From NCBI GenBank assembly GCA_964397655.1, contig CAYNKA010000014.1, forward strand, positions 23,234-87,233: a stretch of DNA of 64,000 bases, in the 5' to 3' direction. Positions 1 through 9,207 of this stretch are shown here, piece by piece (the stretch's first letter is position 1; every line of letters begins with the position of its first letter). Under the pieces are notes generated by a model. It was not told where the DNA came from. It saw only the letters and a program-made list of their open reading frames with translations, and did no database searches. A program made the position numbers and the translations under genes. The stretch is from an uncultured Spirochaetaceae bacterium. Its GTDB lineage: Bacteria; Spirochaetota; Spirochaetia; DTKZ01.

Positions 1-419
1 CTCCTTGAGCATCGGGTAGGGGTCTTTGAGATTCAGACTCCTGATGGTCCAATCGAGGAGATACCCGATGAACCAGAAAGGCCCGGAACCGAATCGGTCG
101 ACCACCCGGTAGCTCGGGGGCTCTCCGACGCCGAAGGTGACGACGATGCCGGGCGAGAGATAGGGTTTGATTTCCTCCAGAACGGGGGACCCGGAGCTGA
201 GGGGAACGGTTCCCTTGTACAACGTGGAACTCGAGCTCCGCCATCCGTCGCCGGAAACCATGTCGAGGAAAAGAAGCGTCAGCCTGAGGTCGGCGAGCAT
301 CCGTATCCGCTCTACGTGCGCCATGTCGATCCTCATGATGCGAAAAACGCTGGATGCGGTGAAGACGGAAAGCCCCGCAACGAGGAGTACGACGACGAGA
401 GATAATTTCACTCGCAATG
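1..419 (-). CDS. partial CDS (3' end lies beyond the window start): exported or membrane-anchored hypothetical protein, possibly phosphoesterase-like
   Basis: The reverse strand has an open frame from the window edge up to a TTG/GTG start near 417-419. The N-terminus KLSLVVVLLVAGLSVFTASS looks like a signal peptide or TM helix. It is absent from the ORF track because it runs off the edge and has a non-ATG start. Confidence 0.3.
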
Positions 420-494
420 AAAGCCGCTTCTTCATTCTTGTTTACATAATACGAACTTTACCGCCTTTTCTTCAAATCCGTTCGAGGAGTCCCC

Positions 495-1766
495 TCAGGG
501 AGTCGTCCTCTTCCGGTCCCGCGGAAAGAGCGAGGCTTCCTTCACGTTCTGGAGGCCGAGGATCTTCTGCGTGAGGCGCTCCAGTCCGATGGCGAAGCCT
601 CCGTGGGGAGGGCAACCGTACTTGAAGATGTCGACGTAGGCCCCGAGCCCCTCGGGGGTGAGGCCGAACTTCGGCAAGGCGTCCAGCAGCATGCCGTACT
701 CGTTGATCCTCCGGCCTCCGGTGGTGATTTCGAGGCCGCGGAACAGGAGATCGAAGCTCATGGTCTTGAGACCGTCGGGAAAGGCGTAGAAGGGCCGCTT
801 CTTCCTGGGGAAGGCGTTCACGAAGACGGCGTCGACGCCGTGCTTCTCCTTCGCCCAGTCGCAGACGATGCGCTCGCCTTCGGGATTGATGTCGAAGACC
901 CGCTTCCCGCCGCGCTCGGAGATGATGTCCTTGGCTTCGTCGTAACCGATGCGGGGAATCCTGTCCACCTCCTCCGGCTCCGGGACCGTCGAGCCGAAGG
1001 CCTCGAGGTCCGCCGCGTTCTCCGCCTTCACGCATGCGAAAACGTGCTTCAGGATGCCGCATTCGAGATCCATGAGGTCGTGTTCGGTATCGATGAAGGC
1101 CATCTCCACGTCGAGTGAAACGTATTCATTGAGGTGGCGCGGCGTGTCGTGCTTCTCCGCCCGGTAAGCCGCCCCAATCTCGAAGACCCGTTCCATACCG
1201 GAGGACACCATGGCCTGCTTGTAAAACTGGGGCGACTGGGCGAGGAAGACCTTGGTGTCGAAATACTCGACGGTGAAAAGCCCGGTTCCGCCCTCGGTTC
1301 CCGAGCCGATGAGCTTGCTCGTCTTGATTTCGGTGAAGCCCTGGCCGCGGAGGTGTTCGGCGAAGGCCTTCACGATCGTGGACTGCACGTTGAACACGCT
1401 CCGGAGCTTCGGGATGCGGAGCGAGATCATCCTGTTGTCGAGGACCGCGTCCAGGGAGATCTTGTCCGGATCCTGGTTGATGGGAAGGGGGAGGTCGGGA
1501 TGCGCGGTGGCGAGAACTTCCACGTTCGCGGCCCGGACCTCGACGCCGCCGGGAGCCTTCTCGTTCTTCCGGACGGGCCCCTTAACGGACAGGACCGATT
1601 CGTGGGAAAAATTCACCTTGCCCTCGAACACGAGCTGGACCATGCCGGTCCGGTCTCTGAGGAGCACGAACGAGATGGCGCCGAGTTCCCTGATTCGGTG
1701 AACCCAGCCCTTGAGCAGGATTTCCTCGTCGATGTGTTTCGCGACGTCCTTAGCAAGTACCCGCAC
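495..1766 (-). CDS. aspS: aspartate--tRNA ligase, archaeal-type class IIb (likely non-discriminating AspRS)
   Basis: 423 aa. The C-terminus GGFAIGLERLTQKILGLQNVKEASLFPRDRKRTTP matches archaeal-type AspRS (FPRD..R.TP). Class II motifs are present (FRAE, GxGxGxER). It lies directly downstream of gatCAB, consistent with a transamidation route for Asn-tRNA. Confidence 0.8.
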   Translation of the reverse strand: MRVLAKDVAKHIDEEILLKGWVHRIRELGAISFVLLRDRTGMVQLVFEGKVNFSHESVLSVKGPVRKNEKAPGGVEVRAANVEVLATAHPDLPLPINQDPDKISLDAVLDNRMISLRIPKLRSVFNVQSTIVKAFAEHLRGQGFTEIKTSKLIGSGTEGGTGLFTVEYFDTKVFLAQSPQFYKQAMVSSGMERVFEIGAAYRAEKHDTPRHLNEYVSLDVEMAFIDTEHDLMDLECGILKHVFACVKAENAADLEAFGSTVPEPEEVDRIPRIGYDEAKDIISERGGKRVFDINPEGERIVCDWAKEKHGVDAVFVNAFPRKKRPFYAFPDGLKTMSFDLLFRGLEITTGGRRINEYGMLLDALPKFGLTPEGLGAYVDIFKYGCPPHGGFAIGLERLTQKILGLQNVKEASLFPRDRKRTTP

Positions 1767-4155
1767 TTGGAGCCTCCATGAGCTTTATCAATTCATCGTC
1801 GGTTTCCGCGGCGAGTTGAGCCGCGACGAGTTTCGTGAAGGTCGACTCCGTAGTCAGATCCCCCATGGGGATCGCTCCCCCCTTCCAGAGTTCGTGGGCC
1901 GTCACGTATTCGGAAAAATCGACGACCCCTTCCTGCTGGGAGGTGCAGAAGAAGGTCACGCCGTTCTCCCTCCCGTGATCGAAGGCCTTCTTGAGGGAAA
2001 AGGGGCTCTCCCTGAGGTTCGCGGTCCCGGTGTCGAAAAGTTCGAGGATGAAGTACCTCACCCCCGCCTTCATGATCGCGATGAGCGTGTCCCCCTGCAT
2101 GCCGGGATAGACCTTGGCGACGAAAACGTTCGCTATCGCCTTTTCGAGCCTTTCCTTGAGCGTCTTGTCCTGGAATGACGTCCGGTCCTCGGCAAAGCAC
2201 AGGCCGGCCGCCGCGGCCTCGGAGCGGTTCCAGTTCGCGAATTCCACGGGATTGACCCGCTGGAACTTCAGATTGAGCGCCGCGTACTCCTTGCCGCCGA
2301 AGACGACGACGACTCCCGGCTTTCCGGAGGAGGCGCGCACGACCGCGGCCTTCAGGTTCTCGCCGGCGTCGCTCACCTCCCCGGGCGGAAGCGCCGCGGC
2401 GGTGAAGACGATGGGGATCTTCGCGCCGGAGAAGAGCCAGTGCACGAGGGACGCGGTATAGGAGAGCGTGTCCGTTCCGTGGGCGATGACGATACCCGAG
2501 GCGTTGCCTTCCTTGAGCGTCCGGTCGACGGCGGAGAGAAGCACGGCCCAGTCCTCGGGCGTGATCTCCTCGCTCAGGAATTTCCCGAGCTCGAGTTCTT
2601 CGAAGCGGATCTTCGCGGGAAGGTCCTTGCCGCCCGCGAGGAGGACCTTGATCGCCTCTTCGCCGCCGGGATTCACCACGCCGCGGTCGTCGCGCACTCC
2701 GGAGATCGCTCCGCCGAAGGAGAAGACCTGCACGTAGCTCACGGCGAACCTCTCCTTGAGCAGGGACTGGAGAAGCTGCGGTTCGGTCCGGCCCGAGGTC
2801 TCCTTCATGATCTGACCCACGAGGAAGCCCAGGGGCTTCGTATCCCCCGCCCGGATCGCCTTGACGACGTGGCCGTGGGAAGCGAGCACGCGGTCGATCA
2901 CCTTCCCGATTTCGACGGGGTCGGTGAGCTGCTCCCAGCCTTTTTCCTTGATGATCGCGGCCGGGTCCTTGTCTTCCTCGAACACCGTCTCGAGCACCTG
3001 CTTCGCGATCTTGCCGTGAATGCGGCCGCTCGAAAGCAGGCCGAGGAGCTCGGCGAGCCTCTTCTCGGTGAGCGGACTCTTCGCGAGTTCGAGGTTGGTC
3101 CGTTTCAGGATTTTCTGCACGTCCATGGCGAGCCAGTCCGCCGCGGTCACGGGAGGGGCGCCGAGGGCGACGGCCTTCTCGAAGAAGTCGGCAACGGCCT
3201 TCTCGCCGATGAGGAACTCCGCGCTCCCCTCGGAGAGACCGTAGTCCTTCAGGAACCGTTCGCGGCGGGCGTCGGGAAGTTCGACCAGGGCGGCCTCCAC
3301 GGCCGAGAGAAAGGCCTCGTCTGGCCTGAAGGGCGGGAGGTCGGGTTCGGGGAAGAAGCGGTAGTCGTGCGCGCTCTCCTTGGTCCGCATCGGCTCGGTT
3401 ACGTCGCGGTTCTCGTTCCAGAGACGGGTCTCTTGAACGACGGTGCCGCCGCGGGTGAGGATCTCCTCCTGGCGGCCGATCTCGTAGTTGAGCGCGAGCT
3501 TCACGAAGCGCGAGGAGTTGAGGTTCTTGATCTCGACCTTGCGGCCGAGACCCTGTCCCCGGAGGTTGATCGAGACGTTTGCGTCGCAGCGCATGGAGCC
3601 TTCCTCCATGTTGCCGTCGCAGACGCCGAGGTAGCGGATCATGCGCCGGAAGTTCTGGAGCAGGACCTCCGCCTCCTCGCCGATCTCGAGGTCCGGTTCG
3701 GTGACGCACTCGAGGAGGCTGGTGCCCGCTCGGTTGTAGTCGAGGAGGGACATGTCGCCGGCGTGGATCATCTTGCCGGCGTCCTCCTCGAGGTGGATCT
3801 CGTGGAAACGGATGCGCTTCTTCTTTTTCCGGAACTCGATGTCGATCCAGCCGTTCCTCCCGACGGGCTGGGCGTACTGCGAGATCTGGTAGTTCTTCGG
3901 CATGTCCGGGTAGAAGTAGTTCTTCCGCTCGAAGACGGCGGCGGGATTCAGCGTGCAGTTGAGGGCCCGGGCCACGACGTAGGCCATGCGGATCGCCTCG
4001 GAGTTGAGGGAGGGAAGCACGCCGGGATATCCCATGCACACGGGACAGACGTTCGTGTTCGGCTCGTCGCCGAAGTTCGCCTTGCAGCCGCAGAAGGCCT
4101 TCGTCTTCGTGAGGAGCTGGATATGAATTTCGAGACCGATGAATGACTGGTACAC
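1750..4155 (-). CDS. gatB: Asp/Glu-tRNA amidotransferase subunit B fused to a C-terminal asparaginase-like domain
   Basis: 801 aa continuous ORF. Residues 1 to about 480 are full-length GatB (MYQSFIGLEIHIQL..., the tail-domain GFLVGQIMKETSGRTEPQLLQSLLKERF). The C-terminal ~320 aa carry the asparaginase family motif IVIAHGTDTLSYTASL and the TPEDW segment typical of type I asparaginase/GatD. Confidence 0.8.
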   Translation of the reverse strand: MYQSFIGLEIHIQLLTKTKAFCGCKANFGDEPNTNVCPVCMGYPGVLPSLNSEAIRMAYVVARALNCTLNPAAVFERKNYFYPDMPKNYQISQYAQPVGRNGWIDIEFRKKKKRIRFHEIHLEEDAGKMIHAGDMSLLDYNRAGTSLLECVTEPDLEIGEEAEVLLQNFRRMIRYLGVCDGNMEEGSMRCDANVSINLRGQGLGRKVEIKNLNSSRFVKLALNYEIGRQEEILTRGGTVVQETRLWNENRDVTEPMRTKESAHDYRFFPEPDLPPFRPDEAFLSAVEAALVELPDARRERFLKDYGLSEGSAEFLIGEKAVADFFEKAVALGAPPVTAADWLAMDVQKILKRTNLELAKSPLTEKRLAELLGLLSSGRIHGKIAKQVLETVFEEDKDPAAIIKEKGWEQLTDPVEIGKVIDRVLASHGHVVKAIRAGDTKPLGFLVGQIMKETSGRTEPQLLQSLLKERFAVSYVQVFSFGGAISGVRDDRGVVNPGGEEAIKVLLAGGKDLPAKIRFEELELGKFLSEEITPEDWAVLLSAVDRTLKEGNASGIVIAHGTDTLSYTASLVHWLFSGAKIPIVFTAAALPPGEVSDAGENLKAAVVRASSGKPGVVVVFGGKEYAALNLKFQRVNPVEFANWNRSEAAAAGLCFAEDRTSFQDKTLKERLEKAIANVFVAKVYPGMQGDTLIAIMKAGVRYFILELFDTGTANLRESPFSLKKAFDHGRENGVTFFCTSQQEGVVDFSEYVTAHELWKGGAIPMGDLTTESTFTKLVAAQLAAETDDELIKLMEAPSAGTC

Positions 4156-4158
4156 TGC

Positions 4159-5553
4159 TCAACTCCATTCCGAGGAACTGCCCGGCGGGACGGGGCAGGG
4201 GAAGTCCGCCTCGTACAGCCTCGCAGCCTCGAAGAGCCTGGCCTCCTCGAAGGGCGGAGCCAGGAACTGCATTCCCACGGGAAGCCCGTCCTCGACCGCA
4301 ACGGGAAAGCTCAGGGCCGGAATGCCCGCCAGGTTCGCCGAGGTGGTGAAACGGTCCGCGAGCTTCTGCTGGAAGGCGTCGAGGCCCTCGGCGCCGCGTT
4401 TGAACGCCTGCGTCGGGAAGACCGGCATGAGGATGACGTCGACCGACTCGAAGGCCTTCGCGAAATCGTTCCTGATCGCGGTGCGGATCTTCTGCGCCCG
4501 CTGGTAGTACTGGTCCTGGAATCCCGACCTGAGCACGTAGGTGCCGAGGAGGACGCGGAGCTTCACCTCGTCGCCGAAGCCCTCGCTCCTCGCCTTGCGT
4601 ACGAGTTCCTCCGGATTCTCCGAGTACTCCGGCCTGAAGCCGTAGCGGATCCCCGTGAAGCGGGCGAGGTTGGCGCTCGCCTCGGCCGTCGCGATCGTAT
4701 AGTAGACCGGCACGTATTGCTCGGCCATGGAAAGCTCGATCTCGACGATCGAGAAGCCCTTCTTTCGGTAGGTCTCGACGGTCTTTCCGTAGGCCTTCTC
4801 CACCGCGGGATCGAGACCGAGATCCCCCTTGAGTACGCCGATCTTCCTGCCGAGCGGCCTGCCCGAGGGCGTGTGTTCCAGGGAGGATTGGTCCCGCTCG
4901 TCCTCGCCTCGGATGGCGTCGAAGACCTCCTCGGTCATCGCCACGGACCGAGCGCAGATCCCTACGACGTCCAGGGAGGACGCATAAGCCGTGAGCCCGT
5001 AGCGGGATACGACGCCGTAGGTCGGCTTCAGGCCGTAGACTCCGCAGAAGGCCGCGGGCTGCCGGACCGAGCCGCCCGTGTCGGAGCCGAGGGCGAAGGG
5101 AACCATGCCCGCCGCAACAGCCGCGGCGCTCCCGCCGGACGAGCCTCCGGCGACCCGGCTCGGATCCCAGGGGTTGTTGGTCTTCCCGAGCGCGGAATTG
5201 TCCGTGGACGAACCCATGCCGAACTCGTCCATGTTGGTCTTTCCCACCACGACGGCGCCCCGTTCGATGAGCTTCCCGACGGCCGTCGCGGTATAGGGCG
5301 CGACCAGGTTCTCGAGGATCTTCGAACCGCAGGTGAGCCGGAATCCCTTGACCGCGAGGATGTCCTTCACCGCGAAGGGAACGCCGGCGAGGTCGCCTTC
5401 GGGTCTGCCGAGCCGGAGACCCCGCTCGGGATCGAATTCGAGGAAGGCCCCGATCTTCTCATCCGCGGTACGGACGTATTCGCCGTATTTTTTTCGCCTT
5501 TCGGTGTCGGAAACCAAATTCCGCCACTTATCGAACGTTGAACTCATAGCCAC
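4159..5553 (-). CDS. gatA: Asp/Glu-tRNA amidotransferase subunit A (amidase family)
   Basis: 464 aa with the amidase signature GGSSGGSAAAVAAGM and a Ser-cisSer-Lys context. Located between gatC and gatB. Confidence 0.9.
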   Translation of the reverse strand: MAMSSTFDKWRNLVSDTERRKKYGEYVRTADEKIGAFLEFDPERGLRLGRPEGDLAGVPFAVKDILAVKGFRLTCGSKILENLVAPYTATAVGKLIERGAVVVGKTNMDEFGMGSSTDNSALGKTNNPWDPSRVAGGSSGGSAAAVAAGMVPFALGSDTGGSVRQPAAFCGVYGLKPTYGVVSRYGLTAYASSLDVVGICARSVAMTEEVFDAIRGEDERDQSSLEHTPSGRPLGRKIGVLKGDLGLDPAVEKAYGKTVETYRKKGFSIVEIELSMAEQYVPVYYTIATAEASANLARFTGIRYGFRPEYSENPEELVRKARSEGFGDEVKLRVLLGTYVLRSGFQDQYYQRAQKIRTAIRNDFAKAFESVDVILMPVFPTQAFKRGAEGLDAFQQKLADRFTTSANLAGIPALSFPVAVEDGLPVGMQFLAPPFEEARLFEAARLYEADFPCPVPPGSSSEWS

Positions 5554-5571
5554 CCTTGTAAAAGAGGATTC

Positions 5572-5868
5572 TTACAGAACGTTGGGAATGACGATCAAGC
5601 GGTCCTCGAGCTCGGGCGCATTCTCGAGAAGCGCGTCGATATCCGGCTCGGGAGCCTCCGCGTCCAAGCGGACACGGTTTTTTTTCAGGAGGGCGTGCGT
5701 AGTGGGAGGAAGGTTCGAGACGTCGACTTCCGACATTTTGGAAAAATAGCGGAGCATCTGCTCCACGGCCTTTCCGAGAGATTCGATTTCTTCTTCCCGC
5801 AGATCGAGATACGCAAGCCCCGCGGTCACGTGCAACTCGGACTTTTCCATGTTATGGTACTTTTGCAT
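5572..5868 (-). CDS. gatC: Asp/Glu-tRNA amidotransferase subunit C
   Basis: 98 aa with a GatC-like sequence. It is the first gene of the gatCAB operon on the minus strand. Confidence 0.75.
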   Translation of the reverse strand: MQKYHNMEKSELHVTAGLAYLDLREEEIESLGKAVEQMLRYFSKMSEVDVSNLPPTTHALLKKNRVRLDAEAPEPDIDALLENAPELEDRLIVIPNVL

Positions 5869-6292
5869 ACACTCCGAGGCTTGGTCAATAGAGCGGCGAA
5901 AGGCCGTTTTCGCCTCGAATAAGAGGACGCTTCAAAGCTCGCCGTCTCGGGAAAGGCGGCGGGGGAAGGGATGCCTTGTTTCACGGATTCGCGAAGATGA
6001 AGGACGGGCAGGGAAAGAAGGCATGGGTTCCGCAAAGGACATCGGTCGAAAAAAAATATCACGTATATTCATATTGGAGAAACAAATATCCATTTGACTT
6101 TCCTCCAAAATCAATGTATTGTTAAATTCGCCTATTTTCATAAGTAGCGACCGAACATCTACCTTTATGCAACACTTGAATCCGAGGATGCAATCAGGGT
6201 ATAGGTACTGTTTGCATAATGGGTAGTGTATACTTTATACAGAGAGTCAACGCTCCGTTCTCGATACGGAACAGTCGATTGAGGTGACCTAG

Positions 6293-7714
6293 GTGACGAA
6301 GAAAGATTTTCCTTCCATTCATTTTTACGATCAGGATTTCGTCGATATTTACGATCAGACATGGGCCTGGATCCAGGATTATTGGCAGAAAGGAACGACC
6401 GAGAACAAATTCCAGAAACTGTATTTCAACTATCCCCACAACAAGACGATCAACCAGTTCGAATCCATCATGTCGACCTTCTTCATCGTCTATTCGAACC
6501 GCAACTTCCCGGTGACCCCCCAGCTCGACAATTTCTACGAGCGGCAGGAATCGGACGGGGCGATCCGCGGCGACTATCTCGTGGAGAACGGGAAGCCTTT
6601 TCACGTCAAGGAGAATCCGACCGGCGTCAACCCTCCGCTCTTCGCTTGGGCCGAATACAACATGTATCACAAGATCGGCAACAAGAAGCGGATCAAGGAA
6701 GTCATGCCTGTCCTCGAAAATTATTTCACCTGGTTGGAGAACACCTTCAAGCGGGACAACGGACTCTACGAGGTCCCCGTCGCGGCGACGAAGATGGACA
6801 ACAGCCCGAGAAAGGGAACCTGCTACCCCATCGACTTCAACACCCAGCAGGCGATCAACGCGCTCTACATGTCCGAGCTCGGTGACATCCTGAACGACAA
6901 GGAAATCAGCTTCAAGTACAAGCGGCAGTACTTCTCCCTCAAGACGCGCATCAACAACCTGATGTGGAACGAGGAGGACGGCATCTACTACGATCTCGAC
7001 AAGAACGAAAACCAGGTCAGGTCGAAGACCGTCGCCTCGTTCTGGCCGCTGCTAGCGGAGCTTCCGAACGAGGCGAAAACCGAAAAGATAATCGCCCACC
7101 TCAAAAACCCGGACACGTTCGGGACGGAGCATCCGTTCCCCACGCTGTCGGCGGACGAACCCGCGTTCGAAAAGACCGGGATGGGATTCCGAGGTTCGGT
7201 CTATCCCCCCTTCACCTTCATGGTGATCAAGGGATTGGAAAAATACGGAGCCTTCGACCTCGCCAGGGAGAGCGCGATACGCCACCTCTACTACATGCTG
7301 GACACTCTCCATCCCGAAGGCAAGGAAAAAGGCAACGTGTGGGAGGCATACGCCCCGAGGAACGAAGGACCGTCGAAGTGGCCGGGTAAGGAAGGCTTCC
7401 CCAGGCCGCAGTTCCTCACGTACACCGCCCTTTCCACCATAGCGCTCATGATCGAGAACGTGGTCGGTCTCTACATCAGCCTTCCGAGAAAGACCGTCGA
7501 CTGGATCATTCCGACCCTGGAAATCATGGGAATCGAGAACCTCTCCCTCAAGAGGAACCTCATCACGATCCTGAGCAGCAAGAGCGGACGGGGATGGGAA
7601 ATACGCCTCGAATCGGAGAAGCTCTACTACTTCACCATCGACATACTCGGAAAGAAAAAGAAGACGCTCCCGATCCCCTCGGGCAAATGCTCCATGCTCA
7701 TAGACAAGCTGTGA
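6293..7714 (+). CDS. (alpha/alpha)6-barrel glycoside hydrolase, GH63/GH37-like (mannosylglycerate/glucosylglycerate hydrolase or trehalase-like)
   Basis: 473 aa with a GTG start behind a GAGG RBS. Its composition and motifs (DGIYYDLD, WEAYAP) resemble six-hairpin glycosidases. GC looks lower than in neighbouring genes. Confidence 0.4.
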   Translation: MTKKDFPSIHFYDQDFVDIYDQTWAWIQDYWQKGTTENKFQKLYFNYPHNKTINQFESIMSTFFIVYSNRNFPVTPQLDNFYERQESDGAIRGDYLVENGKPFHVKENPTGVNPPLFAWAEYNMYHKIGNKKRIKEVMPVLENYFTWLENTFKRDNGLYEVPVAATKMDNSPRKGTCYPIDFNTQQAINALYMSELGDILNDKEISFKYKRQYFSLKTRINNLMWNEEDGIYYDLDKNENQVRSKTVASFWPLLAELPNEAKTEKIIAHLKNPDTFGTEHPFPTLSADEPAFEKTGMGFRGSVYPPFTFMVIKGLEKYGAFDLARESAIRHLYYMLDTLHPEGKEKGNVWEAYAPRNEGPSKWPGKEGFPRPQFLTYTALSTIALMIENVVGLYISLPRKTVDWIIPTLEIMGIENLSLKRNLITILSSKSGRGWEIRLESEKLYYFTIDILGKKKKTLPIPSGKCSMLIDKL

Positions 7715-7721
7715 CGAGGAA

Positions 7722-8585
7722 GTGCGGCAGATGAAAGAACTCTTTCCCGGCGATTCCTACGCGACTCCCGAAGGGATGCGTTATTTTTCCGACAGGCTTC
7801 TGTTCTGGACCCGATGGAATCTCTATTTCAGGTTCTTCCGTATCGTCCTGAAATCGCGCTCGCTCGCGAAGAAGGGACTCTTCACCGACGAGGCTATGGC
7901 GAGCCTGAGCTTCGACATCATCCGCGACGTCGAGGGCTGCGGCGGCAGGATCACCATCAAGGGCCTGGACAACATCCGCAGGGTCGAAGGCCCCGTGGTT
8001 TTCGTCTGCAATCACATGAGCACGCTCGAGGCGGTGGTCCTGCCCGCCATCGTAACTTCAATCAAGCCGGTCGCCTTCGTCATAAAGGAACGCCTTAAAA
8101 AGGGGCCCTTCTTCGGTCCCATCATGGCGGCGCGCGACTTCATCACCGTGACGCGTAAGGATCCGCGCAAGGACCTCACCGACGTGCTCACCCAGGGTCT
8201 GGAGAAGCTGAAGGCGGGGCGGTCGATCTTCCTCTTCCCCCAGAGCACGGAACACGCGCGCTCCGTCGTCTTCGACCCCGCAAAATTCAACTCGCTCGGA
8301 ATCAAGCTCGCGTCCCGCGCCGGGGTTCCTGTCATTCCCGCTGCGGTGAAGACCGACTTCTGGGGCGACGGGAAATTCATCCGCGGCTTCGGCAGGGTCG
8401 AGCGGAACGAACCCATTCATTTCGAGTTCGGGGAACCCATAACGGTATCCGGGAGGGGAAAGCTAGAACACGAACGCGCGCTCGGCTTCATCCTCGGCCG
8501 ACTCGGGGAATGGAAGGTCCCCATCGCCGAACCCTCCGCCCTCGCCGGTCCGTCTAGCGTCCCGACTTCCCCCGAAGAACCATGA
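7722..8585 (+). CDS. lysophospholipid (1-acyl-sn-glycerol-3-phosphate) acyltransferase family protein
   Basis: 287 aa. CNHMSTLE resembles the HX4D/E acyltransferase motif and FLFPQSTEH a PlsC-type second motif. Confidence 0.5.
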   Translation: MRQMKELFPGDSYATPEGMRYFSDRLLFWTRWNLYFRFFRIVLKSRSLAKKGLFTDEAMASLSFDIIRDVEGCGGRITIKGLDNIRRVEGPVVFVCNHMSTLEAVVLPAIVTSIKPVAFVIKERLKKGPFFGPIMAARDFITVTRKDPRKDLTDVLTQGLEKLKAGRSIFLFPQSTEHARSVVFDPAKFNSLGIKLASRAGVPVIPAAVKTDFWGDGKFIRGFGRVERNEPIHFEFGEPITVSGRGKLEHERALGFILGRLGEWKVPIAEPSALAGPSSVPTSPEEP

Positions 8586-9207
8586 TGAGCCTGGCGGGGG
8601 CGACCCCGGTCGGGCAGACGACGGAGCAGAGCGTATGCCTCTCGCAGGCAGAGGCGCCGTCGGGTTTCCCCGTCCGTTGAAGAATTTCCCGCGACCGCTC
8701 AGGCCGTTTGGCGAGTTCCCTCGCCCAGGCAGCGAGCGCCGCGGGCCCCAGGAAGGGTTTCCGCACCGGGCAAGCCGAAAGACAGCTCCCGCATTCGATG
8801 CAATCTTCAAAACGAACCTTCGTCCCTTCCCCGCCCGTGCCGGTGCCGGTCGGCTCGAGGTACGAGGCGTCCTCGGGCAGTGACTCGAAGAGCCGATCCG
8901 GGAACACCGCGAGGTCCTTGAGCAACTTCGCGTTCCTGAGCGGTTCGATCGTCACGACCGGGGCGTCGAGCTCCGCGAGCCTCGTCGTGCAGGCGAGCTT
9001 CTCCACGCCGTTCACCCTGCAGGCGCAGGTCCCGCAGGAACCGTGGTGACAGGAATGCCGGTAGAGGAGGTCGGGAGCCTCCCGGGTCCGGATTTCCTCC
9101 AGGGCGTCGAGCAGGGTCGTCGTCTCCGAAACGTCCACCCGATAGTCCGTCCAGTCCGCCGTCCCGTCTCCGGTCCTCGGAATCCGCAGTTCGATCTCAC
9201 GCTTCAC
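8554..9207 (-). CDS. iron-sulfur subunit, SdhB/FrdB-like (2Fe-2S plus 4Fe-4S)
   Basis: This is the C-terminal 218 aa of the 542 aa track ORF. It has the plant-type ferredoxin cysteines CHHGSCGTCACRVNG and the motifs CIECGSCLSACP...CPTG. A GTG start at 9207 overlaps the TGA stop of the upstream gene (GTGA). The N-terminal part of the track ORF is an alternative-frame artefact. Confidence 0.6.
   Translation of the reverse strand: MKREIELRIPRTGDGTADWTDYRVDVSETTTLLDALEEIRTREAPDLLYRHSCHHGSCGTCACRVNGVEKLACTTRLAELDAPVVTIEPLRNAKLLKDLAVFPDRLFESLPEDASYLEPTGTGTGGEGTKVRFEDCIECGSCLSACPVRKPFLGPAALAAWARELAKRPERSREILQRTGKPDGASACERHTLCSVVCPTGVAPARLIMVLRGKSGR

Noticed and set aside
1793-4168. 791 aa ORF on the minus strand overlapping gatB in another frame. 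The same pattern appears in the 568 aa ORF at 2440-4146 (+).
   Set aside because: Arg/Gly/Pro-rich low-complexity translation, typical of alternative frames in GC-rich coding DNA. The GatB frame has clear homology.
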